Assembly: GCA_021163225.1 (NCBI GenBank) | Contig: JAGGXE010000001.1 | Location: 1-50,993 of the forward strand | Reading direction: 5' to 3' | Source of the DNA: Candidatus Micrarchaeota archaeon | Lineage (GTDB): Archaea > Micrarchaeota > Micrarchaeia > Anstonellales > JAGGXE01 | DNA: 50,993 nt | Shown: one piece after another, positions 36,731-47,313 of the stretch | Numbering within the stretch: the stretch's first letter is position 1 | How the letters are laid out: every line of letters begins with the position of its first letter | Translations under genes and position numbers: made by a program | Notes under the pieces: generated by a model | What the model was told of the DNA's origin: nothing | The model's database searches: none | The model's input: the letters and a program-made list of their open reading frames with translations, nothing else

Positions 36731-37513
36731 TTGGCACGCCGCGTTTCGAAAAGAAAGGCACCTAAACGTGAAATCAAACAGCTCGATGTCGAAGACAAGA
36801 TCGAATCCAGGGTCTTTGACCGAGGGACTTTAATAGCCATAGCTAAACTGACAGAAAAAGGATATTTTGAAACATTGGATTTTCCTGTTTCGATGGGTAA
36901 AGAAGCGGTTGTTTTCAGAGGGACCAAAAAGGATGGTACACATGTTGCGGTAAAGATATACAGGATAGAAACCACATCCTTTCTCAACATGTACGAGTAT
37001 CTGAGAGGTGACCCCAGATTCCGTAACGTACGGATGAAACGGTTTGATATCATTGTGGCATGGACCCGTAAGGAGTACGTGAACCTTAAGACTGCGTATG
37101 AGGCAGGTGTGAGATGTCCTTACCCGATCGGATACCGTCGTAACATCGTAGTCATGGAATTCCTCGGGTTGAAAGGGCAACCCTACCCAACACTTCAGGT
37201 TAATGGACCTTTGTCTCCCGATGACCCTAAAGCTCTCGAGGAGGAGGTTGAAGAACTGCTCGACGACGTCCGTAAGATGTATCGGGCTGGGTTGGTTCAT
37301 GCAGACCTGAGCCCGTACAACATCCTGGCTACTGAGAACGGGTTATACATCATAGATTTTTCGCAAGCGGTCTCCGTGGACCATCCCAACGCATTGCGTT
37401 TCTTACGCAGGGATATAAACAACGTTGTTAGTTATTATAACAAATTCCTGCAGATCTATGGTCTGGAGAAAGACCCTGACGAGATATTCCATAACATAGT
37501 AAATCAGGGATAA
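36731..37513 (+). CDS. rio1: RIO1-type Ser/Thr kinase
   Basis: SMGKEAVVF, AVKIYR, LVHADLSPYNIL and IIDFSQAV motifs. Confidence 0.95.
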   Translation: MARRVSKRKAPKREIKQLDVEDKIESRVFDRGTLIAIAKLTEKGYFETLDFPVSMGKEAVVFRGTKKDGTHVAVKIYRIETTSFLNMYEYLRGDPRFRNVRMKRFDIIVAWTRKEYVNLKTAYEAGVRCPYPIGYRRNIVVMEFLGLKGQPYPTLQVNGPLSPDDPKALEEEVEELLDDVRKMYRAGLVHADLSPYNILATENGLYIIDFSQAVSVDHPNALRFLRRDINNVVSYYNKFLQIYGLEKDPDEIFHNIVNQG

Positions 37514-37522
37514 AAACACCGG

Positions 37523-40500
37523 TTACATGAACTGTGTCAGGTCGAGCTGTGCTTTGAGTTCGTCATCGAACATGGATTTAAGGTCTCTTCTAAGAAGCAG
37601 GAGCCTCTGTCTCAGATATTCAGGTAGTTTGTATCTATCCACTATTTCAAAAGATAGGTCAAGATATTTCTCTATCCCTCCCTGATGAACTGTTAACGTA
37701 AGTTTACCTCCGCATTTGTAACATCTCCCAGATAACGGCGGTCTCCTGTACTTAGTATTACAATCTACGCAACGGACAGATTGTCGTGAGAAGGCGCGCA
37801 TGTTACCGTACAGGTCCGGTAGGAAATGACTGATCACTAATCTTTCGGCGGCGTCTCTGATATCTACAGCCCTGACCTTTTCTTGCAATCTGAACTGTGC
37901 GTTTATCTTATCTTTCATAGATTTTTGTGCTACGTATGTGGTTCTTAACACACCTTCATTGATGTCGTCAGTATCGAATACGAACCCGAGACCTTCGTAT
38001 TGGCACGGTTTACCGAGGAGGTCTTTAACGAGTTTTATATCAACGGTTTTGAACTCTTCAGCACCTCTATAGAACTCGAGGGGGAGTTGATCTACGACAT
38101 CCATTACGTGAACTTCATCATCTACTTCTGCCGGGTCTAACACGGTTGTCAGAAGGATAGGTGTGTCCATGGTACCGCCCCGGGTCTTTGGCAGGTATTC
38201 GTGCGAGAAGTTTATCAGGGAGTCCAACAGTAACGCTATCGAATCTTCGTCCCCGTCGCAGTTTCTTCTGCGTCCGCAGATCAGATACGGATGTGCATAA
38301 CACACGTAAGCTTTTGTAAAACCTACGATTCTCGATAATATCCCTGCAGACGTATGCGGAGATTGTGTTATTACAAGGTGCCCGAGAAGGTCTTCGGTCT
38401 TCTTTATGTTGTAGAACGGTTCGATACCGTAAAGATAGACAAGCATATCATCGATGAAGTTCGCTACCCGTACAAGGAAATCTGCTGCGGAATAGGGTAT
38501 GATTATATCCTGAGGATACAATTCTATGATCTGGTCTTCGTTAGTGATCGGATTCCCTTTGTAATCGGTTTCGTATCCCAACTCTTTCAACTTTTCTATC
38601 GAAACGCCTATCTCCTTTGGTTTGAAGTGCGTAATCGGTGCATCGGTAGCGTCAAACCGTGACGTACCGTCTCTGAACACCGTAATGTTGTGTTTAGCCC
38701 TGAGTATTCCTTTTTCTAATCGTTCCGGCATCTTTGAACCGCTTATCATCCCCTTTACCCCTTTGATACTGTCCGGGACCTTCACCTGCAGATTGGTTTT
38801 TGCAGCATCGAACAGTTGCACTAGATTAATGGTTCTTTCATCGTACCTTACCATCTCTGCACCGCAACTGCAAACCATCTTACCCGATTCAGGCATACCT
38901 CTTGACCGTCGTCCGCATCTCGGACATACCCATTCCGGTACGGTTTTACTACCGCATTTTTCGCAGATGTTGTAAGGTGTTACATTACCGCATCTTGGAC
39001 ATCTGTTTCGCGCTATCTCAACTTTGATACCTCTCCCTTCGGTAGAACTTCGCCTCTTAAGAGTCTGGTATGTTTTGACGATGTCACGCGTTCTCGAGGT
39101 ATGACCCAAGGGGAACAATACGTGAACCGGCGGGTTCATCTTCCTATCTTTAGCCTTCTCTGGTCTGCCCATCCGTGCTCCGACATAGACAGGTGCTTTG
39201 GCTTTTATGGGCATGTTTGAAAGTTTATTCACCATCTTAAGTGCGGGGTTATCTTCGCCCACCACAGAATCTTTGATCTCGTTCATCTTGTCTATGAGTG
39301 AACCGTCTTTTGTAATATCCATACCTAAAGATGCGATCAATGCGTATCCGTAGTTTCTGTTAATTACTGTCAACCGTTCGTTTTCTCTGGTGAACACGCT
39401 GTGAGGCACGCATAATTCTTCCAACACCCGTTTGGCATGTTCGTCTTCATCTGTATACGGTAATACGAGGTTACCCTCTCCATCGTAATCCCTTTTCGTC
39501 AACCATTTTGCCAACGCGATCAAATCCTCAGGTGTAACGTCGTGCCAGTGGAACGTATATTCGGGATGTAAGGGTATTCCTTTCTCGCGGGAAGTTCTGA
39601 CGTGGAGTTCCGCGTTTTTTTGGGCATTTAAATCTACAGGTAAGGTGGAGGGGTCGACCCCCTTCTCTTTGCACTCTTGAGCCCACCATTCCTCACACCA
39701 TGCACCAGGCACTAACGGATGACCTGATTTGATGAAATCGCCGATCGGAGTGGCTAGGTCTCCGAGAAAAAGTATCTCTTTAACTTCGTCTTTTACTTTT
39801 ATCGCCATTTCGGTAGATGCGACCTTCATCACAGAACCGTCTTTAAGTTTTACTATCGGTCCGTGGATGCTTGTGCACGGTGTTATTATGCATCCTTTTC
39901 CGGGACGTTCAACCTTCATCTGAGTACCTATCGCTATGAACCCGTCCAGGAGAACCATGGTTGCCGGATGCATACCTTTAGCCATGATTCCGGTAACTCT
40001 CGACCGTCCATACCTGAGTCTGAACCCTCCTTTCGCCATCGGATAACTGATTATCGGTCGCCCGGCCAACACTTCGCTTAAGAACTTTTTGTTAGGTTTA
40101 AGCGTGACCTTTTCATCACCTGAACTGCTGGGCACTTTAACTATCGATTCCAACCATTCCCAATCAAGCCCGATCTTTCTTGTGAGTTTCAGCACCTTTG
40201 CCGCTTTCTGTGCTATACCTTCACCTATGACGAGTGCCATACCTCCTCTAACTCTGTCTGTTTCGATGCCCTCAAGATTCTTGTACACCGATACCTCTAT
40301 TTGATGTGTTGGTTCGCCAGTAATACAGATAGGACAGTTTTTGACGATTGTTCTGATTTCGTCCTCTGTTGGATTGTATTGAAGTCGTGCGCAGCGCGCA
40401 TCATAGAGTTGTATCTCTTCAACGTATCTCTCTATCACTGTTTCGGTAGGTCTAAAGTTGGATATGTTTAATTCCCTACGTATGACATCGGCCAGAACAA

Positions 40501-40987
40501 CTGACAATGCAGCCGCAGTTCCCCCAGCACTTCTTATAGGACCTGCATAGTACACTGCAAGATAGTGCGACCCGTCAGGATTCTGTTTGATCTTCACTTT
40601 TGCTATCCCCTCGGTAGGCGCTACCAGTACGCCCTCTGTCAGCACCGCTACTCCTGTTCTCAACGCTTGGTCTATTACCTTTTCCATCTTTTCGGTGGAT
40701 AACCCTTTACCTTTGCTTGCCAACTCTTTCACGATCTCGTAAGCTACACGTTCTCGCGATAACCCCTGTTTTACATATTCTCTTATTTTATCCGCGATAC
40801 CTTCCGGTCCGACCAAACCTTCAACGCGTCCGGCCATGTCTTCCGCCATCTTAACCTCAACAGTCGGTTTCGGGTCAAACCCCTGTGCCCTGGCTTTTTC
40901 AGCAACCTTTATGGCATTGTCCAGTTGTGTAAGCAACGATTTGAAATACCTTTGCAGTTTCGGACTTGCCTCCACCATAGGAATCAC
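37523..40987 (-). CDS. polC: DNA polymerase D large subunit DP2 (no intein seen)
   Basis: YAGPIRSAGGT, GGFRLRYGRSR, GARMGRPEKA, RRRNCDGDED and C-terminal Zn fingers. Confidence 0.98.
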   Translation of the reverse strand: MIPMVEASPKLQRYFKSLLTQLDNAIKVAEKARAQGFDPKPTVEVKMAEDMAGRVEGLVGPEGIADKIREYVKQGLSRERVAYEIVKELASKGKGLSTEKMEKVIDQALRTGVAVLTEGVLVAPTEGIAKVKIKQNPDGSHYLAVYYAGPIRSAGGTAAALSVVLADVIRRELNISNFRPTETVIERYVEEIQLYDARCARLQYNPTEDEIRTIVKNCPICITGEPTHQIEVSVYKNLEGIETDRVRGGMALVIGEGIAQKAAKVLKLTRKIGLDWEWLESIVKVPSSSGDEKVTLKPNKKFLSEVLAGRPIISYPMAKGGFRLRYGRSRVTGIMAKGMHPATMVLLDGFIAIGTQMKVERPGKGCIITPCTSIHGPIVKLKDGSVMKVASTEMAIKVKDEVKEILFLGDLATPIGDFIKSGHPLVPGAWCEEWWAQECKEKGVDPSTLPVDLNAQKNAELHVRTSREKGIPLHPEYTFHWHDVTPEDLIALAKWLTKRDYDGEGNLVLPYTDEDEHAKRVLEELCVPHSVFTRENERLTVINRNYGYALIASLGMDITKDGSLIDKMNEIKDSVVGEDNPALKMVNKLSNMPIKAKAPVYVGARMGRPEKAKDRKMNPPVHVLFPLGHTSRTRDIVKTYQTLKRRSSTEGRGIKVEIARNRCPRCGNVTPYNICEKCGSKTVPEWVCPRCGRRSRGMPESGKMVCSCGAEMVRYDERTINLVQLFDAAKTNLQVKVPDSIKGVKGMISGSKMPERLEKGILRAKHNITVFRDGTSRFDATDAPITHFKPKEIGVSIEKLKELGYETDYKGNPITNEDQIIELYPQDIIIPYSAADFLVRVANFIDDMLVYLYGIEPFYNIKKTEDLLGHLVITQSPHTSAGILSRIVGFTKAYVCYAHPYLICGRRRNCDGDEDSIALLLDSLINFSHEYLPKTRGGTMDTPILLTTVLDPAEVDDEVHVMDVVDQLPLEFYRGAEEFKTVDIKLVKDLLGKPCQYEGLGFVFDTDDINEGVLRTTYVAQKSMKDKINAQFRLQEKVRAVDIRDAAERLVISHFLPDLYGNMRAFSRQSVRCVDCNTKYRRPPLSGRCYKCGGKLTLTVHQGGIEKYLDLSFEIVDRYKLPEYLRQRLLLLRRDLKSMFDDELKAQLDLTQFM

Positions 40988-40988
40988 G

Positions 40989-42494
40989 TTATCCTTTCAC
41001 AAAAGACCTGTGCTTAACTTCTCCGGTTCTCAATTCGTATATCGGTACAATACCTGGCGTCGGCATGTGCCCCTGTTTGATTTGAAACTCGGTCCTATCC
41101 TGAAAAGTCCCTGCGTTGAACAGTACTATATTTCTGTATCTTGTATATGCATTCTTATGTATGTGCCCCATCACAACGACATCCGGTACATCTTTGATTA
41201 CCAGATAATCCCTGAGTTCGGGTACGATGGGGTTTCGACCGTACAACGGTGACAGATGACGTCTCCGTAAAAGTTCGATCATCGGGAGAGCAGGGTTATC
41301 GTATCCCAACCCGGGTATCTCACTGATTATAGAATCCAACGATGTACCGTGGTATATCAGGTGCGATATGCCTTCGATCGATACCCATGAAGGATTACCT
41401 ACCTTTATCAGGTTATCCCTTCGAGGTAGTAGGTCGTCGGGGAGTTTCGGTTGCGGTTCTGCACGTCTTACGGCATCGTGGTTGCCGGGACTAACGATCA
41501 CTGTGATATAGTCTGGCAGGGATTCGATGAGTTGATTGAATGCGTCGTACTGTTTGAAGATGTCTCTTATAGCCAGTTCTTCTTCTTGGGTGGGATAGAT
41601 TCCGATTCCGTCTACGATGTCACCCGCTATAACGATGTATTTGATCTTACCAGCGAGTTCTCTATCATTCCCCCTACCGTTCAACCATTCTATAAGTTTC
41701 GAAAAGGAATCCTTCAGAAACAGTTTACTTCCTATGTGCAGGTCGGAAAGATAGAGGACTGCTAAATCTTCTTCGATAAGTTTGACCTCTTTGGAAAACG
41801 GTACCTCTGGGTATTCTATCGATGATGCTAAGAACAGGTTGTTGCCCACGCGCCCTTCAAACATTACTATGTCATCCAGCATCGCTGCCTCGGCCTTCTT
41901 TGTCTGCTCCTTCTCATCACTCATGAATACAACCAACCCTTTCCCGGTTTCATCCTCTACTTCGAACACAAGGTTACCGCGTGCAGACCTTCGTTTATCC
42001 GAGATCATGGCTATCAATGCGAACCTCTGATCACGGTGACTGATTTTTTTGTTAGAGGATATTGTTCTGATATCGGATACATTGATGACCGCTATCTGTC
42101 CGTTTTGAACACGGGTTCTCAGTATTGTTTTGATCTGATTAAACCTGTCGTTGAACAGTTTGACAAAATCTTCGATCTTACCTGTCGAACGTGATTTGCC
42201 GCTTACGTCGTAATCCTGCCGAACACGAACGTTCGCCTCATACTCTTTTGCTAAAGGTTTGAACAACGGTGCACGTCTGACCTCCACGGGTGGCGGTAGT
42301 TTTGTCATTTCAAGGAATACCTTTTCCACCTCTTCCCTTGTGAGGAACGGTTTGTTCAGTGCTACTAATCTTTCGTAAGCGGTTTCTAGTTCTATCTTTT
42401 TTTCTTTGTAAAGCGAGGTAATATACTCTTCAGCATCTGGAGTAAGACGTACCGAATCATAAAGTTTATCTCTAAACTCTTCTATGTCCATCAT
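40989..42494 (-). CDS. polB: DNA polymerase D small subunit DP1
   Basis: OB fold followed by SDLHIGS, AGDIVDGIGIYP, PGNHD, YHG and GHIH motifs. Confidence 0.96.
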   Translation of the reverse strand: MMDIEEFRDKLYDSVRLTPDAEEYITSLYKEKKIELETAYERLVALNKPFLTREEVEKVFLEMTKLPPPVEVRRAPLFKPLAKEYEANVRVRQDYDVSGKSRSTGKIEDFVKLFNDRFNQIKTILRTRVQNGQIAVINVSDIRTISSNKKISHRDQRFALIAMISDKRRSARGNLVFEVEDETGKGLVVFMSDEKEQTKKAEAAMLDDIVMFEGRVGNNLFLASSIEYPEVPFSKEVKLIEEDLAVLYLSDLHIGSKLFLKDSFSKLIEWLNGRGNDRELAGKIKYIVIAGDIVDGIGIYPTQEEELAIRDIFKQYDAFNQLIESLPDYITVIVSPGNHDAVRRAEPQPKLPDDLLPRRDNLIKVGNPSWVSIEGISHLIYHGTSLDSIISEIPGLGYDNPALPMIELLRRRHLSPLYGRNPIVPELRDYLVIKDVPDVVVMGHIHKNAYTRYRNIVLFNAGTFQDRTEFQIKQGHMPTPGIVPIYELRTGEVKHRSFVKG

Positions 42495-42509
42495 ATCACA
42501 TGTAACTTT

Positions 42510-42773
42510 CTATTCTATCATCTTTTCTAAAGCGCTTAATATAGACCAGATCTGTGTTCTGGCGTGCATCGGTATGTTTATGTCCTCAGCGGATTCTTCC
42601 AACTGGTATATGGCGTTGCCTATACGTACGTTCAACTCCTCTGACTCGTCCAACAACTCGTTCCGTACGTCAGACAACGTCCTTTTAACGTTCCTGGGAA
42701 CACCGGGCGTGTTGATCAACATATCGAGAAGCCGAGCTATTTCTTGAATCTGATCTGAAACCTCTTTCGTCAT
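42510..42773 (-). CDS. UPF0147 family protein
   Basis: VPRNVKR...DINIPMHARTQIWSILSALE. Confidence 0.9.
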   Translation of the reverse strand: MTKEVSDQIQEIARLLDMLINTPGVPRNVKRTLSDVRNELLDESEELNVRIGNAIYQLEESAEDINIPMHARTQIWSILSALEKMIE

Positions 42774-42801
42774 AATCATCACCCCGCAAAACACCGGAAA
42801 A

Positions 42802-42892
42802 CGGGCCCGGAGGGATTCGAACCCTCGACCGTCAGCTTAGAAGGCTTGCGGTCTAACAGATTGCCGCTCTATCCAAGCTGAGCTACGGGCCC
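42802..42892 (-). tRNA. tRNA-Arg(TCT) with a 16-nt intron at non-canonical position 29/30 (42846..42861)
   Basis: Acceptor stem GGGCCCG/CGGGCCC, D-arm GCTC/GAGC and T-arm GAGGG-TTCGAAT-CCCTC. Removing ATCTGTTAGACCGCAA restores GCAGC-CT TCT AA-GCTGA. Confidence 0.92.
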
Positions 42893-42937
42893 GTCAGAAT
42901 CTAGCAAAAGAATTAATACATTTTATCTTTAAAAATC

Positions 42938-44749
42938 TTACATGCGGTCCAAAGGTATCATGCCCAACAATGTTAATCCTTTACGAAGGACGGATTCCGT
43001 CAGTTTGACAATGAGTGTTCGGACATGTTTTGTTTGGGCAGAACTCCCTATAACGGGACAGTTCTCGTAGAACCGGTTAAATTCTTTCACAAGGTCGAGT
43101 AGGTAATCTATCAACACGTTCGGTCTTAGTTCTGAAGCGGTTTTCCAACAGTGATATCTGAAGAGTGCAAGATGTTTTAACAGACGTCTTTCGTATTCGT
43201 TGAACCTGTATTCATCTTCTATCTTGTAGGATTTCTCATCTCCCTGTTCGTTCAACCGTTTCAGTATGTTAACTGTTCGTACATAAGCGTACGTCAGGTA
43301 AGGTCCGCTGTCCCCTTCCATGTTCAATGCCCTGTTCCAATCGAACACAATTACCTTTTCCGGAGATACCCGTAAGAACGAATACCTTATTGCGTTCAAA
43401 CCCACTGCCTTGCTTATCCTCAGTCTCTCGTCTTCACTGTAGGTTTTTGAGACCTTTTCATAGGCACGTTTTACCGCCTCTTCGTAGAGGTCGTCTGCAG
43501 TATAACTCTGCCAACTTCCTTCTCTTCCTGAGAGTTTACCTTCTTTGAGACGGACGATTTCGTACGCCAAATGATGGAACTCTTCAGCGGCCTTTTTATG
43601 ACCCATGGTTTCCAACACGTATCTTACCACTTCTTGCGGATAAGTCTGCTCAGAACTTATCACGTTGATAACCTTGTCTGCGTGTCCGAACTCCTTTTCT
43701 ACTCCGTCAACCGATGATCTGAACAACATCTCACCGTTGGGTTGTACGAACATCTCTCTGAACTTCAAACCCTTCTTCAGCAGTCCGTACTTCCATAGGT
43801 GAAATATTACATCCTTCCCAGTGTATGTTACGGTACCGTCCGAACGTATGAGTATCTTATCGCCAACTGGTGTGGGTGCAACATAGCAACCTTTGTATTC
43901 TCCGGATTCCTCGTACCTAACAGTACCAGAATGTTTAAGTAATTCCATTCCTTCATCGAACAGTTCAGCGAGAATATCGCTCTCATAAACCAGATAATCG
44001 TGAAATATGTTGTATTTGAAGGCCGTCTCATATTGGGCAGTAACGCATCTGTCTACTACGTTACAGACATCCTTCCAGATTTCCTGGTCACGGCCCTCCA
44101 TCTTCCTCAGAACCTCTCTTATCTTCCTTTCGGTTTCTTTATCTTCTTCCATTTTCCTATGGATCTTCACATACTCCTTACCTAACCAATGGTCGAATTT
44201 CCCTTCAACACGATTGTTCAAGTAGAGATAGGAATAGATGCTCTCGGCAACCTGCAGACCTAAATCGTCTATGTAATCTACACGTTCAACAATGTATCCC
44301 AATCCCTCATACACATTAGCTATTACGTCTCCGAGTAACGCGTTTCTCAGATGTCCCACATGCCAGGGTTTGTTAGGGTTGACGGATGGATATTCGATCA
44401 AAACCTTTATGTTCCTGTTTTCTTCCCTTCTGATCTGCGCAACCCGTTCCCATTCATTAAGAATGGTCGTGAAATATTTATCTGTAAATACGATGTTTAC
44501 GTAAGGTCCGATCACTCTGATATCGAACCTGTCGTCACACAATTCGATAAGTTCTTCGGCGAGATCCTTGGCGGTTGAAAGAGGATTCGTGCTCCTGAAC
44601 TTGGCGATCTGAAACCCCAACGTCATACTTAGGTCTCCATACTTTTCGTTACCCGGTATCTCCAGATACCTGTAGACGTTACCGGGCAATCCGTTGTCCT
44701 GGATCTTGTCGTTTACAAACTCTTCGATTTCTTCACAACCGTAATACAT
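42938..44749 (-). CDS. argS: Arginine--tRNA ligase
   Basis: SVNPNKPWHVGHLRN, RSDGTVTY, KLSGREG, EGDSGPYLTYAYVR and FNRFYENCPV motifs. Confidence 0.97.
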   Translation of the reverse strand: MYYGCEEIEEFVNDKIQDNGLPGNVYRYLEIPGNEKYGDLSMTLGFQIAKFRSTNPLSTAKDLAEELIELCDDRFDIRVIGPYVNIVFTDKYFTTILNEWERVAQIRREENRNIKVLIEYPSVNPNKPWHVGHLRNALLGDVIANVYEGLGYIVERVDYIDDLGLQVAESIYSYLYLNNRVEGKFDHWLGKEYVKIHRKMEEDKETERKIREVLRKMEGRDQEIWKDVCNVVDRCVTAQYETAFKYNIFHDYLVYESDILAELFDEGMELLKHSGTVRYEESGEYKGCYVAPTPVGDKILIRSDGTVTYTGKDVIFHLWKYGLLKKGLKFREMFVQPNGEMLFRSSVDGVEKEFGHADKVINVISSEQTYPQEVVRYVLETMGHKKAAEEFHHLAYEIVRLKEGKLSGREGSWQSYTADDLYEEAVKRAYEKVSKTYSEDERLRISKAVGLNAIRYSFLRVSPEKVIVFDWNRALNMEGDSGPYLTYAYVRTVNILKRLNEQGDEKSYKIEDEYRFNEYERRLLKHLALFRYHCWKTASELRPNVLIDYLLDLVKEFNRFYENCPVIGSSAQTKHVRTLIVKLTESVLRKGLTLLGMIPLDRM

Positions 44750-44760
44750 AACTCATCACT

Positions 44761-45630
44761 TTACATCTCTCTCAATCTCCTTATCCGCTCTTCTATCGGA
44801 GGATGCGTTGAAAAAAGTACATAGAACTTCTTTTTTAAAGGTTCTGCAATGAACAGGTGTGCGGTAGCGTCGTTAGCGGTTCTGACATGCGTGTTCATAT
44901 CTCTAAGTTTTTCTAAGGCTCTTGCCAAACCTTCAGGATATCTGGTAAGTTGGGCGCTGGTTGCATCGGCCAGGAATTCCCTTCTCCGCGACACCGCCAA
45001 CTTTATGAGGTTGGCAAAGATGGGCGAAAGGATTATGAAAACCAGTCCTATTATGAAAAGAATCGGGTTGACCCGTTTCCGGTCGTGTCCGAAAATAAGC
45101 GACCTCAATGCGAGGTGTGCTATCATGTTAACTACACCAATTAACACTGCTACCAAAGTCATAAATTTTATGTCTTGGTTTTTGATGTGTCCGATCTCGT
45201 GACCTATGACACCTTCCAGTTCCTCCCGGTCCATAATCTTGAGCAGACCGCTCGTAACAACTACCGCCGAATGTTCCGGGTCTCTTCCGGTCGCAAACGC
45301 GTTAGCTGCCGGGTCGTCTATCACGTAAACTTTGGGTTTCGGTATACCTGCGGCTATCGCCAACCCTTCCACCACATTATGCAGATACGGATACTCGCGA
45401 GGGTCTGCTTCGCGTGCTCCAGATATCGAAAGTACGATCTTATCGCTGTAGTACCAACTCACCAGGATCTGTATTATCGCTATCATGGAGAATACTATTA
45501 TGTATGCGGCGTTTTGGTATATTGCAGATACTATATACCCTATCCCGATCAGAATCAGGAATACTGTTAACACCAACAGATACGAGTCCCTTTTATTCCT
45601 CTGGATTTCGTCAAAAAAACTGCGGTGCAT
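44761..45630 (-). CDS. htpX: HtpX-like M48 zinc metalloprotease
   Basis: NAFATGR, HEIGH, SRRREFLAD and FSTHPPIEERI motifs. Confidence 0.95.
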   Translation of the reverse strand: MHRSFFDEIQRNKRDSYLLVLTVFLILIGIGYIVSAIYQNAAYIIVFSMIAIIQILVSWYYSDKIVLSISGAREADPREYPYLHNVVEGLAIAAGIPKPKVYVIDDPAANAFATGRDPEHSAVVVTSGLLKIMDREELEGVIGHEIGHIKNQDIKFMTLVAVLIGVVNMIAHLALRSLIFGHDRKRVNPILFIIGLVFIILSPIFANLIKLAVSRRREFLADATSAQLTRYPEGLARALEKLRDMNTHVRTANDATAHLFIAEPLKKKFYVLFSTHPPIEERIRRLREM

Positions 45631-45680
45631 CAGACCACCTGAAAACTGCTAAATATTAAAAGAATAAAGAAAAAAGGGAA

Positions 45681-46244
45681 TTAAAATTTTACTCGGACGG
45701 GTTCCCTAGCTTCCCCTTCAGTTTCGAAGTAGTCCTCCTGTTTAAATCCGAAGATGTTTGCGATGATGTTGTTTGGAAAGACCTGAAGAGCGTTGTTGTA
45801 CTCGAGCACACTGTCGTTGTAGAATTGTCTGGCATACGCGATCTTGTCTTCTATTCCTTGTAACTGTTCTTGTAAGAGTTTGAAGTTTTCGTTGGCCTTG
45901 AGGTTCGGATAGTTCTCCGCTACGGCAAACAACGTCTTAAGAGCTGCAGTCAACTGGTTGTTTGCCTTAGCCTTGTCAGCCACAGTCTTTGCTTTCATAA
46001 GGGCGGCCCTTGCCTCGGTCACCTCTTTGAATACTGCACGTTCGTGTTTCGCATATCCCTTAACAGTTTCAACAAGGTTCGGTACCAAATCGTATCTCTT
46101 CCGTAGTTGTACATCGATCTGAGACCATGCGTTTTTAACCCTGTTCCTAAGCACGATCAATCTGTTGTAAATCAGTATCACTGCCAATATTACTAGACCT
46201 ATCACTCCCAAAATAATCAGAGCAACTAATGTCAATGCGCCCAA
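45681..46244 (-). CDS. lemA: LemA family protein
   Basis: [33 protein letters not shown] and FPNNIIA motifs. GGAGGTGA SD before a TTG start. Confidence 0.96.
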   Translation of the reverse strand: MGALTLVALIILGVIGLVILAVILIYNRLIVLRNRVKNAWSQIDVQLRKRYDLVPNLVETVKGYAKHERAVFKEVTEARAALMKAKTVADKAKANNQLTAALKTLFAVAENYPNLKANENFKLLQEQLQGIEDKIAYARQFYNDSVLEYNNALQVFPNNIIANIFGFKQEDYFETEGEAREPVRVKF

Positions 46245-46320
46245 TCTTGTTCACCTCCTTCTTATTTTGTTTTGTTTGTTGATATATTCTTTATAAATTT
46301 TTGTATGAGAAGGATCTTTT

Positions 46321-47313
46321 TTAGTGGTTTGATTCTGCTTTCCGTAATCGGTTCATTATCGCCAGTCCCAGCCCTTTCTCTTCAACTGGTTCCGCGAGAA
46401 TGACATCCGTACCCATCTTATCGAATTCCCTGAACCATCCGAACATGTTTAATGCGTAATCGTAGATGTCCTTAGCAACAAACGTTGTGCCATCGAATGC
46501 CTGTGCATGTTCCAACCCATCTTTTAACAGTATAATACCGATCTTCAAATCTCTGTGCTGTTCGATAAACTTATGCATCTCTTTACGGAATAACACGTGT
46601 AACGGCGCCTTGGGGGAATAATGACGGTATTTCATGCCCGGTGATCTCGGTGTTCCGTTACTTTCGCCCGCAACCCGGACCCTGCCGAGAATCGTCTCCA
46701 GGTCTTCGGGTGTAATCGCGCCCGGACGTAACACGGTCGGTGGGTCATGCGTAACATCTAAAACCGTAGATTCTAACCCGATGCGCACCTGTCCGCCGTC
46801 TATTATTATGTCTACCTTTCCGTACAGGTCATCTATTACATGTTCTGCAGATGTGGGACTGGGCCGGCCGGAAAGATTGGCTGAAGGTGCTGCTATCGGA
46901 ACACCAGATTCTCTTATTAGTGCCAGAGCTATCTGATGGTCCGGCATCCGTACTCCAACGGTATCTAAACCAGCAGTGACAACGTCAGGTATCCTCTCCG
47001 AACGGGGTAGGACTAGGGTGATAGGACCAGGCCAAAGGTTCAACAGAGGTTTGGCTGTTGGCGGTAGTTCGGCGATGACCGTGTTGAGCATATCGAGACT
47101 TGATATGTGAACGATCAACGGATTGTCAGGAGGTCTGCCTTTGGCAACAAAAATCTTACGAACCGCTTTCTCAGAGTATGCGTTTGCACCCAAACCGTAA
47201 ACTGTCTCGGTAGGAAACGCTACCAATCCGCCGTTACGAATCGTTCGTGCCGCAACCTTTATTTTGTTGGTGTCTATCGCATATGGATTAATGTGCAAAA
47301 TCTTTGTCTTCAT
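46321..47313 (-). CDS. sua5: Threonylcarbamoyl-AMP synthase Sua5
   Basis: VAFPTETVYGLG, KGRPPDNPLIVH, APSANLSG, SPGMKYRHYSP and AIMNRLRKA motifs. Confidence 0.97.
   Translation of the reverse strand: MKTKILHINPYAIDTNKIKVAARTIRNGGLVAFPTETVYGLGANAYSEKAVRKIFVAKGRPPDNPLIVHISSLDMLNTVIAELPPTAKPLLNLWPGPITLVLPRSERIPDVVTAGLDTVGVRMPDHQIALALIRESGVPIAAPSANLSGRPSPTSAEHVIDDLYGKVDIIIDGGQVRIGLESTVLDVTHDPPTVLRPGAITPEDLETILGRVRVAGESNGTPRSPGMKYRHYSPKAPLHVLFRKEMHKFIEQHRDLKIGIILLKDGLEHAQAFDGTTFVAKDIYDYALNMFGWFREFDKMGTDVILAEPVEEKGLGLAIMNRLRKAESNH

Noticed and set aside
37523..40987. Inteins in DP2 (also checked in RFC, IleRS and LeuRS)
   Set aside because: Lengths are normal, conserved motifs such as RRNCDGDED and GPPGVGKT are uninterrupted, and no HN-C/S/T junctions or LAGLIDADG blocks were seen.
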